DNA of 64,000 nt from an uncultured virus (IMG/VR IMGVR_UViG_3300025277_000017). Taxonomy: Duplodnaviria; Heunggongvirae; Uroviricota; Caudoviricetes. Both the position numbers and the translations under genes were made by a program. The number at the start of each line of letters is the position of its first letter. The first letter of the stretch is position 1. This document shows, piece after piece, positions 34,529 to 45,500 of the stretch. The notes under the pieces were generated by a model. That model was not told the DNA's origin. It was given only the letters and a program-made list of their open reading frames with translations, and made no database searches. The stretch is taken from IMG/VR virus record IMGVR_UViG_3300025277_000017, one strand, 5' to 3'.

Positions 34529-36056
34529 CTTTTTCCTCCCTATCAAACTCTGAGTCCTGTTTAGGAAAGGCCGGAATGCCCCATACGTTCACGCCCTTGC
34601 CCTTGATCTTGAAGAATTCCGATCTGAATCCTTTTATGTTTTGTATTTCCGCTATGATCTGTCCTGTGTTGCTGAAATGGTTGAATTTCTGCCTGATAAG
34701 ATAGGCGTGGAGGTCCTGAAGCCTGAAATAGGTTATATTGTAGTCCTTCGCTTCGGAATCGTCCTGTGTCCACGGTCTTCTTATGAGTATTTGTCCTTTG
34801 TTTTTTGCCTGCGCCCGATCAGTACAGAACTCCTGGAGGTGAGCCATGAACTGTCCGGACACAGATCCGTCACTGGAAACTTTGGTAATTTGAGCCTTTT
34901 TCATTTTCTCATTTACGAGTTTTTGCCAGTCAGACGTCTTCATCAACGGAGGCATAATGGTCAATACGTCCATTGCGCGCCGCTGAAACTTTGTTTGTAT
35001 CTGTAATTCCTCAGTGCTTAATTGAATCTTGTAGTCATCTTCATCAGGCTTATCATTGGGAATTTCAAGGAACCACTGTGGGGGCTTCGTATCCAGCTTG
35101 GTCAGTTCCCCCAATGCCTGGGCCAAATCGCTGCCATCTATTCCGTATTTCCTGAGCTTGCATATGATGGAATTGCAGTAGGAAACTATTGGCTGATCCT
35201 TGCACTTATAGTTATAATCTTTCTTGTTGAGTTGTGATACTACAACGGTTACTTCCTTGTGATCCAATGGTGGTTCCATATATTTCTGATTATATTTTTC
35301 CAGTAAATTCTCCCAATTTGTGGGGTCGAACTTTCTCAGGTAAACTCCAATGTTAAATAGACCGTTGTTGCGTGTTCCTTCCGGAAATCCTTGATCACAC
35401 AGTGCCTGCAGGCACGGTGGTCCATCCTTGATGGCCTCGTCATCAACACTCACTTTTACCTTGTCTATGTCTTCCACGCTGTACTTGTCGTACATCGCAT
35501 AAAATTCCTTTAACGTTGCTGGCTCCCCATTATTCTTGATGGCAAACCTAACTGTCTTTCTTGCATGGTAATAGGGAAGATTAAGGAAATTTCCCACGTC
35601 CCCCTTTTCCGGCTGAATGCCGGATTGTTTTGGAAATATTTCTGATTTTGATTGACCTAGTAGCGCCGCAATTGCGGAAAGCTTATTTTTCATGGTCTTG
35701 GATGCAATCGTATTTTTCATAAAGAGGAAGATGTGAGCTCCTCCACTCTTTGACTTGCAGTGCACTAATGGTAATTTTAATTTTCTGATTTTGATAATAA
35801 GACTATGGTGATCAATAGGATAATCATCAATATCAATGCATCCCCACTTAGTAGTATTATCAGCCCTAATAGGAATAATCCCAAGAGACGGACCCTCACC
35901 CTTGAGGTGTTTTTCCCAGAGTTCATCGGTTACCTCCCTTCTGACAACAGAAGATTTGCCTTGTTGCTTACCGTCAGCACGTGCCCCATTGGGTTGGTGC
36001 TGACCGTAAGCTATATCCAAACCTTCAAATATGAACTTGAATTTCTCAACTTCCAC
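34512..36056 (-). CDS. Primase (AEP-like with PriCT-type domain)
   Basis: WGCIDID, SKSGGAH, NLPY, PPC..EGTRNNGLF; ends DDIPF. Confidence 0.8.
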   Translation of the reverse strand: MEVEKFKFIFEGLDIAYGQHQPNGARADGKQQGKSSVVRREVTDELWEKHLKGEGPSLGIIPIRADNTTKWGCIDIDDYPIDHHSLIIKIRKLKLPLVHCKSKSGGAHIFLFMKNTIASKTMKNKLSAIAALLGQSKSEIFPKQSGIQPEKGDVGNFLNLPYYHARKTVRFAIKNNGEPATLKEFYAMYDKYSVEDIDKVKVSVDDEAIKDGPPCLQALCDQGFPEGTRNNGLFNIGVYLRKFDPTNWENLLEKYNQKYMEPPLDHKEVTVVVSQLNKKDYNYKCKDQPIVSYCNSIICKLRKYGIDGSDLAQALGELTKLDTKPPQWFLEIPNDKPDEDDYKIQLSTEELQIQTKFQRRAMDVLTIMPPLMKTSDWQKLVNEKMKKAQITKVSSDGSVSGQFMAHLQEFCTDRAQAKNKGQILIRRPWTQDDSEAKDYNITYFRLQDLHAYLIRQKFNHFSNTGQIIAEIQNIKGFRSEFFKIKGKGVNVWGIPAFPKQDSEFDREEKDDIPF

Positions 36057-36077
36057 AAAACCTCCAATAGATATCCC

Positions 36078-36857
36078 TTAAAAAGGAATATCTACGTTGC
36101 TTTCAGTTGTCTGCGGTTTTGCGATTGATTTTGGTTCTTCCGGTTTTGCTTCTACTGCACCACTTGATGCGGCAGTAGAAAATGCTTTACCTTCACCGTA
36201 AACGGAAGCGTCAGTTACCTGATCCCCCTTTTCTACTTGGAAGCCAAACCAGCTACCTCGATCATTTGATTCACCTACCGTTGTTATTTTGTAGGTAAAG
36301 GCATATGTTGGAGGCGTAAACATCCCAGATGGACCCTTAATTTTTTGTGACAGCATCAGGCTGTTCCAACGTCTGCTTTTCTTAAGCTGACTTGAAGCCA
36401 TGCTGATCACGGCATTTTGGTATCCACCATTTATTTTAGCCAATACATAATGATAAGCTGTTTGAACAATATGGTTGCCGTTGTCAAGTACATATCTTCC
36501 GGTCATTGGATCCCTAGCTGCTTTTCCTAGAATGCCACTGTCGGCACTATGGGAAGCAATAAATCCTCCACCCTGTTCACGAGCTTTCCATTCAACATAT
36601 CTTAGGTGATAAAAAACGGGAATGACAGTTAATTCAGGAAATGTTTCCTGGGTAACTGTATTATACAGTTGACCAGCTTTTGCTGTTTCAATGTATTCCG
36701 CTTTTGATGGGTTTATTTGAGGGCTTCCGGATTGAAGGATAGTTATGTAGGGGATAGCTGTATCCCTTGAAAGATCCAACGCTCCAAAGCCACTTGTGAT
36801 TTTAGAGTCCGCGGCAATTGTTGCCACGTCGACTGAATTATTAGTTTTTTTATTCAT
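36078..36857 (-). CDS. Putative ssDNA-binding protein
   Basis: IPYITILQSGSPQ, beta-rich core, tail VDIPF, replication-module position. Confidence 0.65.
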   Translation of the reverse strand: MNKKTNNSVDVATIAADSKITSGFGALDLSRDTAIPYITILQSGSPQINPSKAEYIETAKAGQLYNTVTQETFPELTVIPVFYHLRYVEWKAREQGGGFIASHSADSGILGKAARDPMTGRYVLDNGNHIVQTAYHYVLAKINGGYQNAVISMASSQLKKSRRWNSLMLSQKIKGPSGMFTPPTYAFTYKITTVGESNDRGSWFGFQVEKGDQVTDASVYGEGKAFSTAASSGAVEAKPEEPKSIAKPQTTESNVDIPF

Positions 36858-36878
36858 TAGTATTTCCTCTTTAAGTTA

Positions 36879-37427
36879 TTAAGATTTAATAGTTGTTTTT
36901 TGTCCTACATACGCCCCTAACAGATCCATCGGTAATTTCTTACCGGATTCATGTTGTTCACGTACAAAGGCGCGAAGGGTGGAAGGTTCGACCCACTCGC
37001 GTTGTGAAGACTCATATCCCTCTTTATTCAAGTGTTCCAAAAGTCCTCTAGCTTTCTCATCTTCATTCCTCCCAAAGCTACAAGAGACTTGGTTCTTTAC
37101 TAAATCACCAAATCCGTTGTTCCTTAACCAAGCATAAGCCATTGCCTTTTTTTCTGGCTTGATGGAAGCGCCATAATAGTCCTTAACGGATATTAACCTT
37201 CCATCTGCTAGTTTTAATTCTGATAAACCTACTTCCGCAAAAAGACTAGGAAGAACTTCTTCCGATAGTTTTTTCTTATAGTCTTCTTTCTTTTTTAATT
37301 GTTCCTTTATATCGTTTATTTCTTTATCTGTTTCTGCAACATCCGTTGCAACTGCACCAATCCTGCCTAAATTATCTTGGGGTACACCCTCGACATCCTT
37401 TGCCATTTGATTTACTAAATTATTCAT
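36879..37427 (-). CDS. Conserved replication-module protein
   Basis: AWLRNNGFGDLVK, VEPSTLRAFVRE. Confidence 0.75.
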   Translation of the reverse strand: MNNLVNQMAKDVEGVPQDNLGRIGAVATDVAETDKEINDIKEQLKKKEDYKKKLSEEVLPSLFAEVGLSELKLADGRLISVKDYYGASIKPEKKAMAYAWLRNNGFGDLVKNQVSCSFGRNEDEKARGLLEHLNKEGYESSQREWVEPSTLRAFVREQHESGKKLPMDLLGAYVGQKTTIKS

Positions 37428-37734
37428 GTTTTCCTTTCAAGTCTATTTCTATATCATAATATCTTGTTTCGTTGCGGTCCCACTTCAGTACCTTGAAGCG
37501 TCCGTTGTTGTGTTCTGCAGCAATTGCTCCTGCAACCGCTATTATAGCAGGATCTCCGATTAAAAGCAAGTAGTCATTATCATTAAAATCCCTCAATTCT
37601 TTTTGAAGCTTAAATGTTAAAGGACTGGATGATAAAATCATCTGTTTATTGTCAGGAAGAACAATTTTTAAATCACCAAACTTTTCAGCTGACCTTATAT
37701 TTCTTCCCATTTCTTGCAAAACGTAAACTGTCAT
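37420..37734 (-). CDS. Conserved hypothetical protein
   Basis: SAEKFG..DYLLLIGDP..VLKWDR. Confidence 0.75.
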   Translation of the reverse strand: MTVYVLQEMGRNIRSAEKFGDLKIVLPDNKQMILSSSPLTFKLQKELRDFNDNDYLLLIGDPAIIAVAGAIAAEHNNGRFKVLKWDRNETRYYDIEIDLKGKHE

Positions 37735-37745
37735 AATTTTATTTC

Positions 37746-37783
37746 TTGATTTGTATTATATCATATGTTATAATACGAGTCAA
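37746..37783. promoter_or_regulatory. Overlapping divergent sigma70 promoters
   Basis: Plus TTGATT-17-TATAAT (37746-37774); minus TTGACT-17-TATAAT (37783-37755). Confidence 0.85.
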
Positions 37784-37797
37784 CATTAGAAATAGGA

Positions 37798-39237
37798 ATG
37801 TACAAATTTAAAACAGAGCCATACGAGCATCAAAAGGATGCACTAAAAAAATGCTGGAACAAGGAGTCATTTGCAGTGTTCGCAGAAATGGGAACAGGCA
37901 AGACCAAGATAGCGTTGGACAACGCTTGCATATTATACAACAAGGGAAAGATTGATCGTGTTCTTGTGATAGCTCCCAAGGGAGCCTACATGACATGGGT
38001 GGAACAAGAAATTCCAGCACACGTTCCGGATTATATAGAAAAGAAAGTACTCGCCTGGAAACAGTCCACGAGCCAGAAATACAAAGCGCAATTGAAGGAC
38101 ATAATGGATATTCAGGATTATAAATTAAAAATTATGGTCATGAACGTGGAAGCTTTTTCCACGAAAAAAGGGACTGACTTTGCCAGATTATTCCTGATTG
38201 GTCGTTCAATGATGATCGTGGATGAAAGCACTACCATAAAAAATCCACAGGCAAAAAGAACCAAATCAATATTGAAATTGGGAAAGGATACCAAATACAG
38301 AAGAATACTGACTGGATCCCCAGTTACCCGGTCGCCCATGGATCTCTGGTCACAGATGGATTTCCTGAACCCGGAAATACTGGAGCAATCAAGCTATTAT
38401 GCATTCAGGACTCGCTATGCAATCATGGTCACGTCAAATGCAGCCGGCGGAACGCATACATACCAGCGTATCGTCAAGTTTCAGAACCTAAAGCAACTGG
38501 GGGAGCTAGTAGCACCCCATTCATACCGCATATTGAAGAAGGACTGTCTTGACTTACCAGATAAGGTATATACCAAACGTGAGATAGAATTAAGTGATGA
38601 ACAAAAAGAGGCGTATGTGGATATGAAAGCTAACGCTATAGCTACCCTTAAAGGGCAATCCATGACTGCAGTTAACGTCCTTACCCAACTGATAAGGCTT
38701 CACCAGATAACGTGCGGTCATATGAAAACAGATGCCGGCCATACCATAGATCTTAGAAGCAACAGAATAGATGAACTAATGCAGATTTTGGGTGAGACAA
38801 CCGGAAAGGTGATTATATGGGCAAATTACATACATGACATTGAAAAGATTGAAGCTAATATAGCCTTAAGCGATTTCGGAGCAGATTCTCTGTGCACTTA
38901 TTACGGCGCAACACCAGCCGATAAAAGGCAGGAATGCATCCGAAAGTTCCAGGACCCAGATTCAAAGGTAAGATTTTTTATTGGTAACACCCAAACTGGC
39001 GGATACGGTATTACCCTTACCGCCGCAAGCACGGTGATCTACTATTCAAACAATTATGATCTGGAAAAGAGAATACAGTCAGAGGATCGTGCTCACCGCA
39101 TAGGGCAGAAGAACAAGGTACTGTACATTGATCTAATGTCAAAAGGGACTGTGGATGAAAAAATCATACAGTCCCTTCGAAGCAAGGTTAACATCGCCAA
39201 AGAAATCAGTGGCGAGGAACTTATTGCTTGGATTTAA
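37798..39237 (+). CDS. SNF2-family helicase
   Basis: EMGTGKT, VDEST, LTGSP, GYGITLT, QSEDRAHRIGQ. Confidence 0.92.
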   Translation: MYKFKTEPYEHQKDALKKCWNKESFAVFAEMGTGKTKIALDNACILYNKGKIDRVLVIAPKGAYMTWVEQEIPAHVPDYIEKKVLAWKQSTSQKYKAQLKDIMDIQDYKLKIMVMNVEAFSTKKGTDFARLFLIGRSMMIVDESTTIKNPQAKRTKSILKLGKDTKYRRILTGSPVTRSPMDLWSQMDFLNPEILEQSSYYAFRTRYAIMVTSNAAGGTHTYQRIVKFQNLKQLGELVAPHSYRILKKDCLDLPDKVYTKREIELSDEQKEAYVDMKANAIATLKGQSMTAVNVLTQLIRLHQITCGHMKTDAGHTIDLRSNRIDELMQILGETTGKVIIWANYIHDIEKIEANIALSDFGADSLCTYYGATPADKRQECIRKFQDPDSKVRFFIGNTQTGGYGITLTAASTVIYYSNNYDLEKRIQSEDRAHRIGQKNKVLYIDLMSKGTVDEKIIQSLRSKVNIAKEISGEELIAWI

Positions 39238-39619
39238 TTTTTATTTGTTTTGGTTTTTCGGATTCCGGAATTTCCCGTTTATAAGTAACTTTAAGAAGTC
39301 CATCCTTTAGCTCCGCTCCATTAATCATAATGTGTTCATGAAGCTGGAATTTTTTGATAAAACTCCTATCAGAAATTCCTTTATGCCAAAAATCTTCTGA
39401 GGTTTTTTCTTCTTTACACCCAGAAACATGTAAAGTTTGCTCTTTTACTTCAACTTTCAAATCTTTCTCAGCGAACCCTGCAACAGCAAATTCAATGACG
39501 CCTAAGTCATCTTTTTCTTTAATGTTGTATGGGGGATAAGTTGAGACTCTTTTGAAACCGTCAAAAAAGTCGTTGTGGAAACCAAGAAAATGGTTACGTA
39601 TAATATCTAGCTCGTTCAT
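39221..39619 (-). CDS. Small heat-shock protein (Hsp20/IbpA-like)
   Basis: YPPYNI, EFAVAGF, HKGISDRSF, AELKDGLL, PKQIKI. Confidence 0.93.
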   Translation of the reverse strand: MNELDIIRNHFLGFHNDFFDGFKRVSTYPPYNIKEKDDLGVIEFAVAGFAEKDLKVEVKEQTLHVSGCKEEKTSEDFWHKGISDRSFIKKFQLHEHIMINGAELKDGLLKVTYKREIPESEKPKQIKIKSKQ

Positions 39620-39670
39620 ATGTACCTCCTATTAAAGCAAGATTTAGCAGGACCCATTACGGCATCCTAG
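39620..39670 (-). promoter_or_regulatory. ROSE-like RNA thermometer
   Basis: UCUUGCUUUAAUAGGAGG: UUGCU faces the SD; upstream hairpin AGGAUGCC/GGGUCCU. Confidence 0.6.
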
Positions 39671-39673
39671 GTA

Positions 39674-40342
39674 CTATATAACACTTTCTGAATATTTTTC
39701 AAGTCTTTTCATGAAGGAATCTGATGCCCTCGTGAAATTCTCACCATCAAGCTCGAATCGCTGAAACAGCATTCCCCTGGAACACATCAGCACTACTCCT
39801 TGGTCAATTTCCGTTCCAAAGAGGTGGTTATGTGCCTGGGCATAGGCGGCGAGCTGCATGAGGTAATCCTGTACCCACTCTCTCTTCTTGGGCTTGTTTG
39901 TCTGCTTAAAGTCGATAATGGCAGGCCTTCCCTTATATAGTCCAACCATGTCAGTAGTCCCAGCGTACTTGCCAGGCAAATACAGATGAACTTCAGAACC
40001 CCATACCTCGTCAACATCCTTCAATCCCTCCTCTATTATCTTTTTCGCCATCAGCTCCGCTTGCACGCCAACGTCCGTGAGATCCTTGTATGGTTTTCCG
40101 TTCACATAATGTTCTATGTATAGGTGGAGCGCGGTTCCAATCTGGGCCGCGTCCGTCATAATTTTTTCGGCTTTTTTCTCCCCCACGCGCTTTCGCCATG
40201 CGTGAAGGCCACTCTTGTCCTTTGTCTTGGAGAGGACTGAGGTTACGGACGGTAAACTTTCCCCGTCGGGTGTAAGGTATATTCTATATTCTCCGTCTTG
40301 CCTCTTGAGAGAGGCGTAGTCATACTTCTTTATAAATTTCAC
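39674..40342 (-). CDS. PD-(D/E)XK exonuclease
   Basis: PSVTSVLS, WRKRVGE, GTALH, YAGTTD, IIDFKQ, QLAAYA; start reassigned to GTG 40342. Confidence 0.88.
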   Translation of the reverse strand: MKFIKKYDYASLKRQDGEYRIYLTPDGESLPSVTSVLSKTKDKSGLHAWRKRVGEKKAEKIMTDAAQIGTALHLYIEHYVNGKPYKDLTDVGVQAELMAKKIIEEGLKDVDEVWGSEVHLYLPGKYAGTTDMVGLYKGRPAIIDFKQTNKPKKREWVQDYLMQLAAYAQAHNHLFGTEIDQGVVLMCSRGMLFQRFELDGENFTRASDSFMKRLEKYSESVI

Positions 40343-40349
40343 GCATGCA

Positions 40350-41279
40350 TTATAGCACAAGTGAGACCAATCCGCCAGTGTTATAATTGTATCCAGGAGG
40401 CCCTTGATTTGGATATCTATGGGGGTGTTGATCATGCTGGAGGAAAGCCCCAGTATGCTTACCAGGAAGCATGCCGGCACGCTCTGCTTCATGTTTAGCG
40501 GTCCTCATCAAGTTTCCTCCCCATCCAAGTTCTTTTTGACCCATATTTCCTACCATCTCATAAGCATTCCGCACTGTTTGTGGGTTTTGACCGTACACGG
40601 CTCCTGTGGCGTATATGGGTATATGCTGTACCTCACCTGGAGAATACTGTATAGTTGCTTGACGGTTGGGGTCATAGGCTTGGTATTTATCCGTAAAAGC
40701 CTTCCATGTTTTTGATTTGCTTGGAACACCTGTATCTCTCCCCGTAAACCAGTGTTTTTTATTTTCTCTAATCCCTAAGTACTGATCCCACAATGGATGC
40801 TTATACTCGTGCCTGTAGACGTCGGAGATAAAGCTCTGAAGAGACCCCTTACTTGGATCCCAATCACCAATTATCTCGCTTAAATTAATATCCATTCTAG
40901 TCCTTGGATCATCATCAGGATCAAAGGGGTCATCGACATCCACTTGCCCCCAATAACGGTTTCCTTCTGGGGATTCTTTCAATCTTCCTTTCTTTTGCTC
41001 CTCATCATAGAGGTATCTCATGGGTCCTTCCATGGTGTGCTTTCTTAATCCCATGAGGGCCATCTCATCATAATCATAGAGTGATGTACCCAATCCTTCC
41101 ATCAGTTTCGATCGTTCAGTAGCACTAAGTTCATCGGAAGGTTTTCCATACATGATGTCATCGTACATGTCCTGTTCGAACTCGATGTCACCCAGTCCGG
41201 CTTGCAATAGCCAGTCTGGGTCGTTGTATAAATGATCTATGACAGATGAACTACTGAGATTTGAGGTTCTGTTTGCCAT
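40350..41279 (-). CDS. Putative internal virion protein, possible HExxH metalloprotease
   Basis: YRHEYKH; ends YNTGGLVSLVL. Confidence 0.6.
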   Translation of the reverse strand: MANRTSNLSSSSVIDHLYNDPDWLLQAGLGDIEFEQDMYDDIMYGKPSDELSATERSKLMEGLGTSLYDYDEMALMGLRKHTMEGPMRYLYDEEQKKGRLKESPEGNRYWGQVDVDDPFDPDDDPRTRMDINLSEIIGDWDPSKGSLQSFISDVYRHEYKHPLWDQYLGIRENKKHWFTGRDTGVPSKSKTWKAFTDKYQAYDPNRQATIQYSPGEVQHIPIYATGAVYGQNPQTVRNAYEMVGNMGQKELGWGGNLMRTAKHEAERAGMLPGKHTGAFLQHDQHPHRYPNQGPPGYNYNTGGLVSLVL

Positions 41280-41830
41280 TATCTCTTACCTCCAGGAAAT
41301 GGTATCACGTTGGCCCCACTCGCCGCGTCCTGCCTTCGCTGTCTCGCGAGGGCGATCATGTATTTCTCGTAGTCGGTGAGTCCACGCACGCGCATGTTTC
41401 TTTTCGCCATCTGCGCGATCGCGTTCTGTGCCAGCTCGTCCACGTATTCCTGTCCCCCGAACTCACCCCAGTAGGTCCTTCCCGCCTCGTTCATCTTGGC
41501 GTACTCATCTGGGTTCGCGCGGTACCAGTTGATGAGGTCCTTTGTCGTTCTTTCACTGTTGAGTCTCGCCTTCATCGTCTGCATTATTCCGCTGTAGGGC
41601 GTCGCCTTGTTCTCCGGTGTTACATACTTTGACGCGTTTCGCAGAAGCCCTTCCGCCGCACCCATCCTTGATGAAAGCGCCACTCCATAAGGATACCACG
41701 CTTCATACGCGGTTTCATTCTTCAATGTCTGGACGTGACGGTCCTTTGGATATTGCTTAGCTATGGCAAGGACGCGACGCATCGCCTCCTTGCCATACTT
41801 TTTGCCGATCAGTGATAGTACTCCGTACAT
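41279..41830 (-). CDS. Hypothetical protein
   Basis: 183 aa, ends NVIPFPGGKR. Confidence 0.75.
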   Translation of the reverse strand: MYGVLSLIGKKYGKEAMRRVLAIAKQYPKDRHVQTLKNETAYEAWYPYGVALSSRMGAAEGLLRNASKYVTPENKATPYSGIMQTMKARLNSERTTKDLINWYRANPDEYAKMNEAGRTYWGEFGGQEYVDELAQNAIAQMAKRNMRVRGLTDYEKYMIALARQRRQDAASGANVIPFPGGKR

Positions 41831-41849
41831 TCTCCCCCCAAGCGGCCCC

Positions 41850-42050
41850 CTATCCTATTAAACCTGTGTAAACTGCCCTCAACAACAACCCCAAGACCAT
41901 GAACGAAACCATCCAGACAATCTTAAAGATCGTATCAATCTTGGAACTCATGTGTGTAATATGATTGTCCAGCTTCTGATGGATCAACCGAAGCTCTCCC
42001 TCAATCCTGATGATGTCCTCGCGGTTCGCTGTTATTTTTTCTTCGGCCAT
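41850..42050 (-). CDS. Small coiled-coil plus TM protein
   Basis: KLDNHITHM then C-terminal TM helix. Confidence 0.7.
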   Translation of the reverse strand: MAEEKITANREDIIRIEGELRLIHQKLDNHITHMSSKIDTIFKIVWMVSFMVLGLLLRAVYTGLIG

Positions 42051-42589
42051 TACCAATTAGTCCCCCAATTTATGTAAGCATTGTAATCTTCATCATCAAT
42101 ATCATATCCACCGCCAAATCCTAAAGTTCCACCCCATAAATTTTTATCAAAATCATAGCCAATTTGTTGATCATTTATGTCAACATCAGGGAAAAAAGGA
42201 TCAAATTGACTGTAAATGTTTTTCATTTTATTAACTGCAGGACTGTTTGCCATTGCCAACATAAGACCTGAATTATTTCGAGGTTGATCTGCCTTGACAT
42301 TCCAGAAGGAACCTTCGCCGCCACCAACATTATTTTGATACCAAGGGGGTAAGTTTGGATCTCTATTTCTAAGTAAACCTTCACCTGGAGGTGTTTCATC
42401 CCTGATCAGTCTGTCAATGACTCCAGGAGCCTGTTGTAAATGTCTTAAAAAATCTAAATCCATACCAGGCGAAGACCTAATAGTATTATCCTGAAGTATG
42501 CGTTCAATTTCAGTTGGTCCTGCACGGTCATATCCAATGTTTGGTCTGTCAACTCTTGGTTGTAATTTTTGTCTCTCTCTTGGTGGCAT
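42050..42589 (-). CDS. Hypothetical protein
   Basis: 179 aa, RPNIGYDRAGP motif, aromatic beta-like C-terminus. Confidence 0.7.
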   Translation of the reverse strand: MPPRERQKLQPRVDRPNIGYDRAGPTEIERILQDNTIRSSPGMDLDFLRHLQQAPGVIDRLIRDETPPGEGLLRNRDPNLPPWYQNNVGGGEGSFWNVKADQPRNNSGLMLAMANSPAVNKMKNIYSQFDPFFPDVDINDQQIGYDFDKNLWGGTLGFGGGYDIDDEDYNAYINWGTNW

Positions 42590-45500
42590 TATAATACTCC
42601 CATTATTCCCTTGTTCTGTGCATTCTGAAAAGGATTGTCATTGATTCCTGTCTGTATGTCCGTGTACTTTCCCTGATTGTTCATCACGGGGTTCATCTCC
42701 ATCAGTCCGCCTCCGGCAGCATACTGTGTTCCGCCGCCGTACTGCGCAGCCAACGCCGCGTCAGTGTTTCCTGTATACAACGCTCCAGCTGCCGCCGGAT
42801 TCATTGTCGGATTGCTCATTATTGAAGCGCCAACACGTGATGTGTCATACGCTCCTCCCGCCGCCTCAGGCGCGTAGTCAACCGCTCCTTCCGGTGCCCC
42901 AATTTTTGGACTTAGGAGAGACGGTGTTGGATCTATATCAGCTCCCTTTTTAATAGCATCATATCCTGCTCCAAGCGTGTCAAGCGGATTCATGACAGCC
43001 TCGCCCACTCTGGCGCCAGTTGTCAGTAAGGCATCCTTGGCTTTTTCATTGAATGTTTGTGCCTGCTGGAATCTTTGTCCTGACTGGTCAAACATTTTTT
43101 GATCTTCCTCAAGTTCATGCAAATCACGGTCAAACGCAATCCATTCCTCCGGGTACATACGAACCAGTCTGGCAAAGTTTGCAAGCCTAATTGTCTCCGG
43201 CAGGTTTGCATCTACCATGTTTTTAAGTACCCTGTGCGATACTGGATTGGTTAGAACCTTTCCGCCATAGTTGATCATGAACGCCGCGGCACTCATCATC
43301 AACGGTCCAATTCCTATAAGGGTGCCAGCCTCGGCGGCTCCTTTTCCCATCGCTCCTGGACCCAATGCCGCACCAGGAATAAACGCTCTTACAGCTGACC
43401 TAGTGGAACCCATGACTGCACGACGCATCATGAACTTCGCTCCGCTAGGAACGCCGTTCTCGAAAAGCTTCGCGAGAACCATTGATAGGTCATCAAAGTC
43501 CTTCTGGGTTGGCATCTTTGTTCTTTCTCCCCTTATGAATCCTTCCGGCAATTCCTCGCCGAAGATTTCCTTCAGTCCCTTGCCAACTCCCGTTTCATAT
43601 ACCTGGTCATCAAAATGGGTCCATCCAACTCCAGGCTCCCAAATCCTGAGCTTTGTTACTTCCGGTGACTCATCAAGCGCGTGACTGAACAGTGATTTTA
43701 ACTTGGATCCTTCCTTTCCAAGTCCAAGTCCGGCCCTGAATCCTGCCGCGTCAAAATATTGCAGTCCTTCCTTTTCAACAATGGATGCATTGAACAGGTC
43801 ATCAACGTATGTTCCTAATCCGTTGTGGTATCCACGGTCGCCCACAATTCTTCTGATTGCAGCCAGTTCCGCCTTTCCGTCTATGGCATGTGCCTTTGAT
43901 GCATTAATAATGGTATCAAATAGAGTATGAGAAGCACGTGTTGTACTGTTGTCAAGAATAATGTTGAATCCCCTTTGCTTTACTTCCCCTCTCGCCGCTG
44001 TCTTGCCAACATTCGTTCCCCAAAGCATCAGCCCTGAAGAGACAAACTTGTCATACTCATCAAACGCCTTGGCAATATCCGGGTATCCCATTTTTTCAAG
44101 GGATGCTACATCATTCTCCCACGCCTTCATAAGGCGTGAAATGTCATCCGCATAGGTGGTCTTCGCCAGTACCTTGTCCTTGAGTGGAGCCAGCAAGTCA
44201 TTGATCTGCTCGCGAAGCCCTTTCATTTGATGCACGTCTAGCATTGCGTGCGCCCTTCCTTCGCCAACAGGTTTTATTATTTGTTTTTCCAGGAAGTCGA
44301 TCAGCTTGTTTCTTACTTCCGATGGGATTATTTCTCCTCCAGGGTCAAGCTGAAGCTTCTCCCTGTATTCCCTTAGCGTCTGTTTTGCAACGTTGACCAG
44401 ATTCTCATTGGAGAATCCCTTGCCCATGCCTTCCGCCGCCTCAGTGAATCCCTTCTCCAGTGTCTTTGCCTGTGCTATGAATCCCTTTAAGTTCTGTGAT
44501 GCTAGGAAGTCCCAGCTCTCCAGCATCTCGTCAAGGTGTCCGTATGGTGCAAATCCACCAATCATTTTTCTCATGACTCCATCAATGTAGAAGTCACTCT
44601 GTTTTGCCATGTTGTTCTTTATGCTGATTCCGAACAGCGGTGCTGGGGATAGCATTGAGGTTATCTTTCCACCCAAAGTTCCACCAACCATTTGCCTTCC
44701 AACCATTGTTCCGGCAATCTCAGTTGGATCAGGCCACCATTCATTGGACCCTTTCTTGATAGGTCCTGGTGGGCCAAGCCAGTTGAGTGCCTTTGAATTG
44801 GTAGCACGCCATAGGAAATTTCCAAGTCCCAGTGGTAGGTTGAATGAAAGCTGTTCCTTTGGTACCTTCAATCCTCTTGTTGCAATCAAGTCCAGTTCAT
44901 TCTGCGATGGCATCCATCGCTCAAGAACCCTTTGCTCCCCTTCCAGCAGTTCCTTTCCGCTGACAATTCCTGGCGCCTTGCTGGGCTTTTGCCTAAACAT
45001 CCTGAATGGAGTGTGTCCAACTACTTTTCTTATTCCGTAATATGCCGGCCTTAACGCGAAGAATCCAGCTGTCAGTCCCGCATCCCAGTAGGCGGCGTTG
45101 AGAGCGTTGCCTAATCTTTTCTTTTGTGTTGGCCTGTTGATTCCCTGAGGACCAAACGTCCATGATTCAGGAACAAGCGTTGCCAGTGTGGCATCAACCA
45201 AACTCGCCTGCTTGTTTGGATCACGCATGTATCCTTTCGCCTTTCCTGCCTTGTTCATCATATCCAGCATGCCCTCGTAGCCATAGTCCGCCACGCCGAC
45301 GGCCATTGCGCCACCTATGACGGCGCCAGCTGTCCTTGCAAGCCAGTTTCCTTTTGACTTTCCAAATCCCTTTGCAGCTCCTTTAAAAAATTTATCCCTT
45401 ACTAATTTTTCACCCTTGACTGATCCGTATATTCCACCACCTATGTATCCCGTCATTTCAATTGCAGGATATGGGTTAGGATTATTGGTGAACAGTCCTA

